Shown piece by piece: positions 18,651 through 28,161 of a stretch of DNA of 64,000 bases. Within the stretch, counting starts at the first letter, position 1. Each line of letters opens with the position of its first letter. The translations under genes and the position numbers were made by a program. Below the pieces are notes generated by a model. That model was not told the DNA's origin and ran no database searches. It worked only from the letters and a program-made list of their open reading frames with translations. Source of the stretch: Candidatus Levyibacteriota bacterium (GTDB lineage: Bacteria > Patescibacteriota > Microgenomatia > Levybacterales > UBA12049); the NCBI GenBank assembly GCA_016182425.1, contig JACPGP010000030.1:11738-75737 (forward strand). The letters are read 5' to 3'.

Positions 18651-19283
18651 TTATTCAACAGTTATTCCGAGGATCTTATCATTGATTTCGAGTTTTTGGA
18701 CAACATCCATGCCTTTTTTCACAATGCCAAAGTTTGTATATTGACCATTTAGCCAGACTGCTTCTTTTTTGGTAATAAAAAACTGGGCGTCGTTTTGGGT
18801 TTTGCCATCATTTCTACTTGCAGCGCCTATAGATCCAGCAACAAATGGTTTGTTGTTGAACTCAACAATCATATTGTTTCCTCCTGTACCATCTCCCCTT
18901 GGATCACCACCTTGCACTACCCAATCTTCTATTCTGTGAAAGGTAAGGTTGTTATAGAAGCCATTGGTTGATTTTGAAAGAAAATTATAGACAGTATTTG
19001 GCGCTTCCCGAGCAAAAAAAGAAAGGGTAATATCACCTTTGGTGGTTTTAATCGTTGCACTTCTTGTTGCCATATCTTCTATAATTTGCTGCGCACTAAT
19101 AGTTGCTACTGGGGGTTTTGGCGTAATTGTTGGTGTTGGTGGAATAGTTGGGGTTGGAGTTGGGACAGGTGGAGGAATGGTTGGGATAATAGTAGATGTT
19201 TTTTCCCCAGAAGAATTTGCTAAGAAAAGTACAGAGGAAAGGCCAATAGTTGCCAAAATAACAAAAAGAAAAATCTTCCCCAT
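18651..19283 (-). CDS. cyclophilin-type peptidyl-prolyl cis-trans isomerase with signal/TM anchor and Pro/Thr-rich linker
   Basis: Cyclophilin motifs FHRIEDWVVQGGDPRGDGTGG and NDAQFFIT. N-terminal hydrophobic segment, then a PPPVPTPTPTIPPTPTITPKPP linker. Start chosen at MGKIFLF. Confidence 0.75.
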   Translation of the reverse strand: MGKIFLFVILATIGLSSVLFLANSSGEKTSTIIPTIPPPVPTPTPTIPPTPTITPKPPVATISAQQIIEDMATRSATIKTTKGDITLSFFAREAPNTVYNFLSKSTNGFYNNLTFHRIEDWVVQGGDPRGDGTGGNNMIVEFNNKPFVAGSIGAASRNDGKTQNDAQFFITKKEAVWLNGQYTNFGIVKKGMDVVQKLEINDKILGITVE

Positions 19284-19362
19284 GTGCGCCACATTGTAGC
19301 ACATAAATAAAAAGTATGGTATACTATTTTGACAAATTCGGTAGCGAATTTTTTTATTATTT

Positions 19363-21480
19363 ATGGCTGACGAAAAATCAAGACTTACAGAATTAGATAA
19401 AATTAGAAACATCGGTATTATTGCTCACATTGATGCTGGAAAAACCACCACCACCGAGCGCATTTTGTACTACACAGGCAAGACCTACAAAATCGGCGAC
19501 ATTGACGAAGGAAATACTCAAATGGACTGGATGGAACAAGAGCGAGAGCGCGGTATTACTATTGTTTCTGCAGCTACAACCGCATTTTGGAAAGATTACA
19601 GAATCAATATTATCGATACTCCAGGACATGTTGATTTTACAGCAGAGGTTGAACGTTCGCTTCGAGTTTTGGATGGCGGCATCACAGTTTTAGATGCAGA
19701 AGAAGGTGTGCAGTCACAATCGGAAACTGTGTGGCGCCAAGCAGATAAATATAAAGTGCCTCGTCTTTGCTTTGTCAATAAAATGGATAAATTAGGAGCC
19801 GACTTTTTAGCAACTGTTAAAAGTATAGAAGATCGGCTTGGCGCAAACCCGGCCATTATGGTCTTACCAATTGGGCGTGAGCAAGATTTTAAGGGCATTT
19901 TTGATTTACTTACCATGAAAGCAATTGTCTGGACTGGTGAGGAACTAGGCGCAAAATTTACAGTAACTGATGATATTCCAGAGGGAATGGACGTCCAGAT
20001 TAAAGAATACAGAAACAAGCTGATTGAGAAAATTTCCGAGACCGACGATGTCTTGTTAGAAAAATATCTTTCTGGCACAGAACCAACTGTTGAAGAGCTC
20101 AAAATTGCGCTTCGGAAAGCTGTTATTGCCTATAAGCTCGTGCCAATTTTTGCAGGATCATCGCTTCGAAATAAAGGAGTACAACCGTTACTTGATGCAG
20201 TTGTTGATTATCTTCCTTCCCCTGTTGACCTTGCAGAAGTAAAGGGAATACATCCAAAAACAAATCAAGAGGAGGTAAGAAAACTTGTGCCGCAAGAACA
20301 CTTGGCAGGATTAGCATTTAAAATTCAAAATGATCCCCATGTGGGAAAACTGACGTATTTTCGAGTATATTCAGGAAAAATCGAGGCTGGATCGTATATT
20401 TATAACAGTACAAAGAATATCCGCGAACGTGTTGGCAGGCTGCTTTTAATGCATGCAAATCAAAGAGAAGAAATTAAAGAGGGATATGCCGGAGAAATTG
20501 TAGCAGTTGTTGGGTTAAAAGATACTACAACTGGAGATACCCTTTGTGATGAGGCAAAACCAATCGTTTTGGAAAAAATTTCCTTCCCAGATCCAGTTAT
20601 CTCTTTAGCAATTGAGCCAAAGACAAAGTCAGACCAAGAAAAACTTGGATATTCACTAAAGCGTTTAATGGATGAGGATCCAACCTTTCATGTCAAAACA
20701 AATCACGAGACAGGACAAACCATTATTTCTGGAGTTGGAGAGTTGCAGCTGGAGATTATGGTTGATCGGATGAAACGCGAATTTAATGTGTTGGCAAATG
20801 TTGGCGCTCCGCAAGTTGCTTACAAAGAAACAATCAGTAGAAATGCCGAAGCAGAAGGAAAGTATATTAGGCAATCCGGAGGACGGGGGCAGTATGGTCA
20901 CTGTTTCCTGCGCGTTGAACCAAAACCACGGGGTGAGGGTTTTGAATTTGTTGATGCAATTAAAGGCGGGGCGATTCCTGCCGAGTTTATTAGCTCTGTT
21001 GAAAAAGGCGTCAAAGAAACTATGGAGAATGGGATTTTGCTTGGCTATCCTATGGTTGATATGACAGTAACGCTTTACGATGGTAGTTTCCACGAAGTTG
21101 ACTCTTCTGATATTGCCTTTAAGATTGCTGCTAGTCAAGCCTTGCAGGCTGCCACCAAAAAAGCAGATATAACCCTTCTTGAGCCAATCATGAAGGTGGA
21201 GGTGACAACACCTTCTGAATTTATGGGTGATGTGATTGGTGATTTATCAGCCAAGCGGGCACAGATTTTAGGCACAGAAGAGCGGCATAAAGCAACGATT
21301 ATTTTAGCCATGGTACCACTGGCAGAACTTTCGGGTTACGCCACAACGCTGCGAAGCATGTCTCAGGGCAGAGCAAATTATTATATGGAGCCTTCCCACT
21401 ACGAAGAAGTGCCGCGAAATATTATTGCGGCCATGCTTGCTAAATCTACCTTCACCGGCCGCATCTCCGCGCAGCAATAA
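19363..21480 (+). CDS. fusA: elongation factor G
   Basis: [16 protein letters not shown]-domain motifs and full-length EF-G architecture (705 aa). Confidence 0.95.
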   Translation: MADEKSRLTELDKIRNIGIIAHIDAGKTTTTERILYYTGKTYKIGDIDEGNTQMDWMEQERERGITIVSAATTAFWKDYRINIIDTPGHVDFTAEVERSLRVLDGGITVLDAEEGVQSQSETVWRQADKYKVPRLCFVNKMDKLGADFLATVKSIEDRLGANPAIMVLPIGREQDFKGIFDLLTMKAIVWTGEELGAKFTVTDDIPEGMDVQIKEYRNKLIEKISETDDVLLEKYLSGTEPTVEELKIALRKAVIAYKLVPIFAGSSLRNKGVQPLLDAVVDYLPSPVDLAEVKGIHPKTNQEEVRKLVPQEHLAGLAFKIQNDPHVGKLTYFRVYSGKIEAGSYIYNSTKNIRERVGRLLLMHANQREEIKEGYAGEIVAVVGLKDTTTGDTLCDEAKPIVLEKISFPDPVISLAIEPKTKSDQEKLGYSLKRLMDEDPTFHVKTNHETGQTIISGVGELQLEIMVDRMKREFNVLANVGAPQVAYKETISRNAEAEGKYIRQSGGRGQYGHCFLRVEPKPRGEGFEFVDAIKGGAIPAEFISSVEKGVKETMENGILLGYPMVDMTVTLYDGSFHEVDSSDIAFKIAASQALQAATKKADITLLEPIMKVEVTTPSEFMGDVIGDLSAKRAQILGTEERHKATIILAMVPLAELSGYATTLRSMSQGRANYYMEPSHYEEVPRNIIAAMLAKSTFTGRISAQQ

Positions 21481-21497
21481 TATTTGAGAGAGTCAAA

Positions 21498-21506
21498 TGG
21501 TATAAT
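21498..21506 (+). promoter_or_regulatory. extended -10 element TGGTATAAT, 6 nt upstream of ATG (leaderless-type)
   Basis: TGnTATAAT at 21498-21506. ATG of the downstream gene at 21513. Confidence 0.35.
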
Positions 21507-21512
21507 GGGGGC

Positions 21513-22569
21513 ATGAAAGGGATCCTTTTAGGAGTTGTAGTTTTGGTTTTGGCCCTTGGTTTTGTTGTATTCAATAGCAATCTTAAAGAAGATAAAAAAT
21601 CAGCACCCGAAAATCCGGCTCCGACAAAAGCTCATGTACTATCTGCAACAAATAGCAAAGAAACAAAACTACTTTTTGTCCCATATTGGGGGCAGACGCA
21701 AGAGAGGATTCCAGACTCATTTGGGGAGGAGCTTGTTTATTTTGGTATTGCTCCAGGTAGTGATGGAATTGACAAAGAAGAACCAGGATACATGGGGTTG
21801 GCACGATTTGAGGCTATTTCAGAAGGGCGAGATACATTGTTAACACTTCGCATGATTGATCAGAATATGAGCTTCCCAATACTCAAAGACAAACCAAGAC
21901 AAAAAAAAAATAATTGACGAGTCAATTGCAATTGCAAAGCAATATAATTTTGAAGGAATAGTTTTGGATCTTGAAATTAGCAGTCTTCCTTTCGCCTCTG
22001 TTACTGAGCAGATGAATAGTTTTGTTGAGGAATTTTCTAAAGCAGCAAAAAAAGAAAATCTCACATTTTCCATGATGTTTTTCGGCGATACGTTTTTTAA
22101 ACTCCGGCCATACGATGTAACTGTATTACGGCAGTATCTAGATATTGTTTTTGTTATGGCATATGATTTTCATAAAGCAAATGCCAATCCAGGACCTAAT
22201 TTCCCTTTTCCTGATTTTACTCTTATGGTGCAAGATTTTTTAAATATCGTTCCCAAAGAAAAACTGGTGATTGTGTTTGGTATGTTTGGGTATGATTGGG
22301 AAATTGATGAACATAATAAATCTGTAGAACAAGCAAGGGCAGTAACACTAACTGTGGCAAAAAAGCAGTTTCTTGATCAATGCATTTTTCGAAACTGTAA
22401 AGTTTTAAGAGATGAAAAATCAAAGGAAACAACAGTGACGTATATTGATAAGAATGGAGACAAGCATATTGTCTGGTTTGAAGATGAAGAATCAGTAGCT
22501 AAAAAAACAGAATTTCTTAAAGAAAAAGGAATTAATAGTGTCGGCTTTTGGGCATACTCATACTTCTAA
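21513..22569 (+). pseudogene. glycoside hydrolase family 18-like protein interrupted by a frameshift at an A10 homopolymer
   Basis: ORF 21513..21917 (TM plus LLFVPYWG, LVYFGIAP, TLLTL strands) and ORF 21964..22569 (FEGIVLDLE resembling the DGIDIDWE catalytic block, MAYDF, GINSVGFWAYSY). They rejoin if the tract at 21901-21910 changes by one base. Confidence 0.5.
21901..21910. repeat. A10 homopolymeric tract inside GH18-like gene
   Basis: Read directly from the sequence. Marks the frame-switch point. Confidence 0.9.
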
Positions 22570-23286
22570 AACGTAGGGCGTTTTATGTTTATATTCATTT
22601 TCTTTGACTCTTTTGATCACTTTTTTGGCATTTATTAATTCTTTTTTAACTATTTCTTCAATAGGCAGTTTTTGCTCAAAATAATAATAAAGTACTTGGT
22701 CGGCTTCTTCATAGGTAAAGCCAAATTCTTCTTCATCAGTTTGGCCTTGCCATAGTCCTGCAGTTGGTGGTATATTGATAATTTCTTGCGGAACATTAAG
22801 ATATTTTGCAAGCTCATACACCTGCGTTTTATACAAGTGTTGTATTGGTTCAATATCAGATGCACTATCACCAAAACGAGTAAAATAGCCAAGGAGATGT
22901 TCGGACTTATTTTCTGTGCCAACCACCAGCGCTTTATTTTTTTTTGCCAAATCATATAAAAAGATCATTCGAACCCGTGCCATAATGTTTCCGATACGAA
23001 CATTGTCGTTTCGACTTACGCCAAGATTTTGTACACAAGCGTCAACAGCCTCTTTTATTGAAAGATCATAATTTTTTTTTGGAATGGCAACATAAGGTGA
23101 AAAATAGGCAAGAGAAATAGGAAAAATATTTTTTTCTGGGATAGCTCTTTTAAGAAGCAAAAAACTTACTGCTGAATCAATGCCGCCAGAAAGACCAATC
23201 ACGGCGTTTTTAATTTTTTGTTCTGCAAAAGTTTTTTTGAGAAAGGCTATAATTCGCTCTGTTTCTTTTTTAGGGTCGGTTTTCAT
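22558..23286 (-). CDS. nadE: ammonia-dependent NAD+ synthetase
   Basis: PP-loop GLSGGIDSAV. About 242 aa. Confidence 0.8.
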   Translation of the reverse strand: MKTDPKKETERIIAFLKKTFAEQKIKNAVIGLSGGIDSAVSFLLLKRAIPEKNIFPISLAYFSPYVAIPKKNYDLSIKEAVDACVQNLGVSRNDNVRIGNIMARVRMIFLYDLAKKNKALVVGTENKSEHLLGYFTRFGDSASDIEPIQHLYKTQVYELAKYLNVPQEIINIPPTAGLWQGQTDEEEFGFTYEEADQVLYYYFEQKLPIEEIVKKELINAKKVIKRVKENEYKHKTPYVLEV

Positions 23287-23849
23287 AGGTATAGTTTGTG
23301 TTTGGTAATATACGCCTCTACTTCTTTTGGCACAAGATGTGTGATAGGTAATTTCTTTTTTATTCTTTCGCGAATTATTGTTGAGGAGAGATTTGTTGTT
23401 ATAAGATCTTCTCCTGTAATTATCTCAAACCCTTTAGGAAGTTTTTTAGGTTTGGAAAATGGATCTCTGGGAAACACCAGAAATGTAGCTAGATTTGTTA
23501 AATTTTCTGTCTTTTCCCACCGAGAAAATTCCAAAAGTATATCACTCCCTACTATCCAATATATATCGTGATTAAACCTCTTTTTAATATCCCGGATGGT
23601 ATCAATGGCATAACTTACTCCTCCTCGCCTAAGTTCTGTATCAGAGACTTTCATGGAGTTATTTACAAAATATTTAAGCATCGAAAGTCTATCGGCACCT
23701 TTTGCTTCTATCGGCTTCCATTGGTGTTTATTTGCCGGAATAAACAAAACCTCTTTGATATCTGGTCTTTTTTCTAAAATTTGTTTGGCAACAAGCCAGT
23801 GCCCAATATGCGGAGGGTCAAACCTTCCCCCAAAAATAGCAATTCTCAT
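23283..23849 (-). CDS. nadD: nicotinate-nucleotide adenylyltransferase
   Basis: IFGGRFDPPHIGH (HxGH) motif. Four-nt overlap with nadE. Confidence 0.8.
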   Translation of the reverse strand: MRIAIFGGRFDPPHIGHWLVAKQILEKRPDIKEVLFIPANKHQWKPIEAKGADRLSMLKYFVNNSMKVSDTELRRGGVSYAIDTIRDIKKRFNHDIYWIVGSDILLEFSRWEKTENLTNLATFLVFPRDPFSKPKKLPKGFEIITGEDLITTNLSSTIIRERIKKKLPITHLVPKEVEAYITKHKLYL

Positions 23850-23881
23850 AAGTCTTAGTGGGGATTATATCATTTTGGGTA

Positions 23882-23910
23882 TTGACGGGCAAAGAAAAAT
23901 ATTGTAAGAT
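23882..23910 (+). promoter_or_regulatory. sigma70-like promoter for tuf (TTGACG-17-TAAGAT)
   Basis: TTGACG at 23882-23887 and TAAGAT at 23905-23910, 46 nt upstream of the tuf ATG. Confidence 0.5.
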
Positions 23911-23956
23911 TGTGTCTAACCTCACAAACTGAGGTTTATTATTTTCTTGCAATTTT

Positions 23957-25144
23957 ATGGCAGACGTTAAAAAGTTTGAGCGAACAAAACCCCACGTTAA
24001 TATTGGCACCATTGGTCATGTAGATCATGGAAAGACTACTCTTACTGCCGCTATCTGTACTGTCTTGGCAAAGTCAGGAAAAGCCCAAGCAAAAAAATAC
24101 GAGGACATAGATAATGCTCCAGAGGAAAAAGCACGAGGCGTCACCATTAACATTTCTCACCTTGAGTACGAAACAGACAAGAGACACTATGCGCACATTG
24201 ACGCTCCGGGACATGCCGATTATATTAAAAATATGATTACAGGAGCCGCCCAAATGGATGGCGCGATTTTAGTGGTATCGGCGCCTGATGGCCCCATGCC
24301 GCAAACGCGAGAGCACATTCTTTTAGCTCGTCAGGTTGGTGTTCCGGCAATTGTGGTGTTTCTTAATAAAGTTGATATGGTGGAAGACGCAGAACTTTTG
24401 GATTTGGTCGAAATGGAAGTCAGAGAACTTTTAACAAAATATCAATACCCGGGTAATGAAATACCAATCATTCGCGGTTCGGCGCTCAAAGCGCTCAATG
24501 GCGACGCGGAAGCAGAAAAACAGATTCTGCAACTTATGGAAACAGTCGACAGCTATATTCCCACCCCTCAAAGAGATATTGATAAGCCGTTTCTGATGCC
24601 CATAGAAGATGTCTTTTCTATTAAAGGACGGGGAACAGTAGTAACAGGAAGAGCAGAGAGAGGAAAGGTAAAAGTTAACGATACGATTGAAATTATTGGT
24701 ATCAGAGACACCAAACCAACCGTAGTTACAGGCGTGGAGATGTTTAGAAAACAGCTTGACGAGGCGCAAGCAGGTGATAATGTGGGATTGCTTCTGCGAG
24801 GTATCGAAAAGGCAGATGTGGAAAGAGGACAGGTTATTGCCAAGCCGGGTAGCATTACTCCTCACAAAGAGTTTGAGGCAGAAGTTTATATCTTAACCAA
24901 AGAAGAAGGCGGCCGCCACACACCATTTTTTACCGGATACAGGCCGCAATTTTATATTCGAACGACCGACGTTACAGCAGAGGTAGCTTTGCCAAAAGGC
25001 GTGGAAATGGTAATGCCGGGAGACAGTACAAAAATGACAGTAAAACTGATTGTTCCTATTGCCCTGGAAGAGGGACTTAGATTTGCGGTTAGAGAGGGCG
25101 GAAAGACAGTTGGAGCAGGAGTTATTAGCAAAATCATTGCTTAA
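23957..25144 (+). CDS. tuf: elongation factor Tu
   Basis: [46 protein letters not shown]. 395 aa. Confidence 0.95.
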   Translation: MADVKKFERTKPHVNIGTIGHVDHGKTTLTAAICTVLAKSGKAQAKKYEDIDNAPEEKARGVTINISHLEYETDKRHYAHIDAPGHADYIKNMITGAAQMDGAILVVSAPDGPMPQTREHILLARQVGVPAIVVFLNKVDMVEDAELLDLVEMEVRELLTKYQYPGNEIPIIRGSALKALNGDAEAEKQILQLMETVDSYIPTPQRDIDKPFLMPIEDVFSIKGRGTVVTGRAERGKVKVNDTIEIIGIRDTKPTVVTGVEMFRKQLDEAQAGDNVGLLLRGIEKADVERGQVIAKPGSITPHKEFEAEVYILTKEEGGRHTPFFTGYRPQFYIRTTDVTAEVALPKGVEMVMPGDSTKMTVKLIVPIALEEGLRFAVREGGKTVGAGVISKIIA

Positions 25145-25161
25145 GGTACATTAAAACCATA

Positions 25162-25470
25162 ATGCCAAGAGGAAGAATTAGAGTACGTTTAAAAAGCTAC
25201 GATGCTAGGGTTATCGACAACTGCTGTCAGCAGATTTTAGATACTGCTATCCGAACTGGCGCAAAGGTTGTTGGTCCAATTCCTCTACCAACAGAAAGAA
25301 GTGTCTACGCCATTAACAAATCTCCATTTATTGATAAAGATGCAAGGGATCACTTTGAAATTCGAGTGCACAAACGACTGATAGATATTATTTCCCCAAC
25401 CGATCGAACCATAGACCAATTAACCCACCTCGAACTACCCGCAGGTGTGGATGTGACAATTAAAATGTAA
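25162..25470 (+). CDS. rpsJ: 30S ribosomal protein S10
   Basis: IRVRLKSYDARVID...GPIPLPTER conserved S10 sequence. Confidence 0.9.
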   Translation: MPRGRIRVRLKSYDARVIDNCCQQILDTAIRTGAKVVGPIPLPTERSVYAINKSPFIDKDARDHFEIRVHKRLIDIISPTDRTIDQLTHLELPAGVDVTIKM

Positions 25471-25480
25471 AAATCGAAAT

Positions 25481-25906
25481 TCAATACTCAAGCGTAACTA
25501 TGTGGTCTTTTTCTCGAAACGTTATTCGCTCAAAATATTTAAAAAATCCTTCTCTACCAAGTAATGGAAATTGCTGTTCGTAACTAAAATCAGCTTCGGT
25601 TTCGAAATGGTAAACTCCGATATAAAGTTTCACTTTGTGCCGATATGCTTTTATGTCTTTTTTGCCTATGCCGTAATGTGTTACTTCTTTTCCTGATTTT
25701 ATTTTTAATCTAACCATTTCTCCCCATTCCGCAGGAAATAAATTCTTGTCTGCACCTGAATCAAGTAAGCAATTCACAGGAAATTTACTAAATATATGCT
25801 TATTACATAATCGTGTGGGAATAAGTGGTCGATAGATGTAATTTACTTTTCCAGTTTCTTGGTTTATGAAAACCTCGGGAGTATAGCTAAATTTAATTAC
25901 AGGCAT
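25481..25906 (-). CDS. retropepsin-like (clan AA) aspartic protease, copy 2
   Basis: LLDSGAD (D-S-G-A) catalytic motif, GIGK flap region and PLLGREGFF C-terminal motif. Paralog of 31..441. Confidence 0.6.
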   Translation of the reverse strand: MPVIKFSYTPEVFINQETGKVNYIYRPLIPTRLCNKHIFSKFPVNCLLDSGADKNLFPAEWGEMVRLKIKSGKEVTHYGIGKKDIKAYRHKVKLYIGVYHFETEADFSYEQQFPLLGREGFFKYFERITFREKDHIVTLEY

Positions 25907-26097
25907 AAAAGGGGCGAGAGGTACTTGTTTGCAGGTGGAACGAAAGAAATTATTGCATCCTTAACACGCAATTTAGTTAATTTGTTTTCGATCTCTTTTA
26001 TTGACTTGCCCGATGTAAGAATAGCTTTTTTATTACTAGATATTGCTATCCATTTATTTTGATTTTTCAAGAGATTTTTTGAATCAATTTTATTCAT
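25897..26097 (-). CDS. small protein (66 aa), upstream partner of retropepsin-like protease, copy 2
   Basis: Ten-nt overlap with the protease start. Paralog of 432..638. TATAAT 6 nt upstream of its ATG. Confidence 0.45.
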   Translation of the reverse strand: MNKIDSKNLLKNQNKWIAISSNKKAILTSGKSIKEIENKLTKLRVKDAIISFVPPANKYLSPLLCL

Positions 26098-26504
26098 ATG
26101 TATATTATAGCATACTATTTTTCCAGACTCCGCATGAAAAGCTATTTTATTGTGGTTTGAATAGAAAGGGACTAATTAAAAAAAGTACAAGAAGAAAAAA
26201 CGCTACTATTATGGTTGCCCAGTCGTGAGCTTTGGAAAAATAAAAACCAATAACTAGGGTAATAAATCCTGAAAAAAGGAAATAGAATTTATTTTGGATA
26301 ATTGATTTAATAAACACTGTAATTGCAGTATAGCATATTGATCAATTTCTTGGGAATAGAAGTTATCCTTAACAGTTTTTACCCAACCCCCGTATTGCAT
26401 TTCAGGCCATCTTTCTATATAATAAGAAAACTAAATCATGACATACCGATTGGAGGTTGATTTGGCTACATAGCGTATTCGTTTTAGGGTGTTTCCTAGA
26501 AGGA

Positions 26505-26535
26505 GCGACTGTATGTAGTCGCTTTTTTGGTTTTT
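26505..26535 (+). terminator. hairpin GCGACUguauguAGUCGC followed by U-tract immediately upstream of rplC start (terminator/attenuator-like)
   Basis: 6-bp GC-containing stem 26505-26510/26517-26522, then TTTTTTGGTTTTT at 26523-26535. ATG of rplC at 26538. Confidence 0.35.
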
Positions 26536-26537
26536 AT

Positions 26538-27182
26538 ATGCAAGCATTTATTGGACAAAAACAAGATCAATCACAGGCATTTTTGGAAGATGGGGCGAGG
26601 ATTCCAATTACTCGAATTTCGGCTCCCACACTTCCTGTGGTGGCAATTAAAACCAAGGAAAAAGATGGCTACTTTGCAATGCAACTTGGTCTTGGTATTA
26701 GAAAGCGAGAGGCAAAAGGAGAAAAAGCCCCTCGCTTTTTTCGTGAAGTTCGTGTTGCTGAGACAGAGGTAAAGCAACCAGGAGAAATGATAAACGCAAC
26801 AGATGTCTTTAAAATAGGAGATATTGTTGATGTTTCTGGTGTTTCTAAAGGGAAAGGATTTGCGGGGGTGGTAAAGCGCCACCATTTTAAAGGGGGGCCA
26901 AGGACCCATGGACAATCAGATAGAGAACGAGCTCCTGGTAGTATTGGACAAACGACCACCCCTGGACGTGTATACAAGGGAAAAAGAATGGCAGGAAGAA
27001 TGGGAGGAAAAAGCGCCACGGTCAGAAACTTAGAGGTGGTCGAAGTAACAGAGAACTCAGTTTTGGTAAAAGGACTTATTCCAGGAAATAAAGATAGTGT
27101 TGTCGTTATTAAAAAAGTTGGAGAAAAGAAGAAATTCGTACCGCTGTACAAAGAGGAGGTAAAAGAAGATGCCAGTAAGTAA
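26538..27182 (+). CDS. rplC: 50S ribosomal protein L3
   Basis: L3 conserved blocks (GVSKGKGFAGVVKRHHF, PGSIGQTTTPGRVYKGKRMAGRMG). The upstream extension containing the hairpin is rejected. Confidence 0.85.
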   Translation: MQAFIGQKQDQSQAFLEDGARIPITRISAPTLPVVAIKTKEKDGYFAMQLGLGIRKREAKGEKAPRFFREVRVAETEVKQPGEMINATDVFKIGDIVDVSGVSKGKGFAGVVKRHHFKGGPRTHGQSDRERAPGSIGQTTTPGRVYKGKRMAGRMGGKSATVRNLEVVEVTENSVLVKGLIPGNKDSVVVIKKVGEKKKFVPLYKEEVKEDASK

Positions 27183-27849
27183 AGTCAAAAAATCCACCTT
27201 TGCAATAGATGTTTTTGACACAAAAGGGAAAGTGAAAGAGCAGATGAGCTTACCTAAAGAAATATTTGGTGTGGAGGTTAATAAAAAGCTTTTGGCCCAA
27301 GCAGTAAGAGTGTACCTGGCAAATCAGAGGAGTGGCGCCGCGTCAACAAAAACAAGAGGCGAAGTGACAGGGTCTACTCGAAAAATTTATCGGCAAAAAG
27401 GAACCGGACGAGCACGGCACGGTGGAATTAGAGCGCCAATTTTTGTCCATGGAGGCATTGCGCATGGTCCAAAACCCAAAGACCACTCGCTTAAATTTCC
27501 CCAAAAAATGAAAAAGCTCGCTCTCTTTTCGGCTTTATCTTTCGCGTACCAAAAGGGAGGATTAAAAATTGTTTCGGGCCTAGAGAAACTTCCTCCCAAA
27601 ACAAAATCTATGGTAGAGGTGCTTACAAGATTGTCGCTTTTTGCTCCCAAAAAAGGATTACAAAACAACATTTTACTGGTAGATACGAAAGAAAACAAAA
27701 ATGTTTCGCGGGCTGCGCGAAACATTTACGGTATGACAATTACCAAAGCCACGCAGTTAAATACATACGAAGTGTTGCGCCACCGCACGCTTCTTTTTGC
27801 CAAGGACACAATAAATATATTAGCAGGACAATATCTTAAAAAGGAGTAA
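27169..27849 (+). CDS. rplD: 50S ribosomal protein L4
   Basis: YRQKGTGRARHGGIRAPIFVHGGIAHGPKP conserved L4 block. Confidence 0.9.
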   Translation: MPVSKVKKSTFAIDVFDTKGKVKEQMSLPKEIFGVEVNKKLLAQAVRVYLANQRSGAASTKTRGEVTGSTRKIYRQKGTGRARHGGIRAPIFVHGGIAHGPKPKDHSLKFPQKMKKLALFSALSFAYQKGGLKIVSGLEKLPPKTKSMVEVLTRLSLFAPKKGLQNNILLVDTKENKNVSRAARNIYGMTITKATQLNTYEVLRHRTLLFAKDTINILAGQYLKKE

Positions 27850-27855
27850 TAGGGT

Positions 27856-28161
27856 ATGGTAAAAGGAGAGAATAGTATTATAAGACCAATTATTACCGAG
27901 AGATCTATGCAAGACGCCAACACAGGAAAATTTACCTTTGCAGTAAACAGAGACTCTGACAAAAAACAAATAGGACAGGCAGTTGAGAAACAATTTGATG
28001 TCCACGTGGTTTCTGTTGCCACAAGTATTGTCAAGGGCAGGAGTAAACGAGCAGGAAAGCAGCGAGGCATAGTGAAGGAATCTCCTTGGAAAAAGGCAGT
28101 AGTAAAGGTAGCAAAGGGAGAGAAAATTGCTGTATTTGATATAGGAGGAGATAAAAAGTGA
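27856..28161 (+). CDS. rplW: 50S ribosomal protein L23
   Basis: Position and size (101 aa) consistent with L23; KFTFAVNRDSDKKQI block. Confidence 0.85.
   Translation: MVKGENSIIRPIITERSMQDANTGKFTFAVNRDSDKKQIGQAVEKQFDVHVVSVATSIVKGRSKRAGKQRGIVKESPWKKAVVKVAKGEKIAVFDIGGDKK

Noticed and set aside
18520-18744. 74-aa ORF overlapping the 3' half of the Phd/YefM antitoxin, considered as a possible cognate toxin
   Set aside because: It starts inside the antitoxin in another frame and runs antisense into the PPIase gene. Its translation lacks any YoeB/ParE/RelE-like features, and there is no space for a real toxin gene.
26457-26537. N-terminal 27-codon extension of the rplC ORF
   Set aside because: The extension is hydrophobic, unlike L3, and contains the hairpin/U-tract. 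The L3 homology begins at Met 26538.
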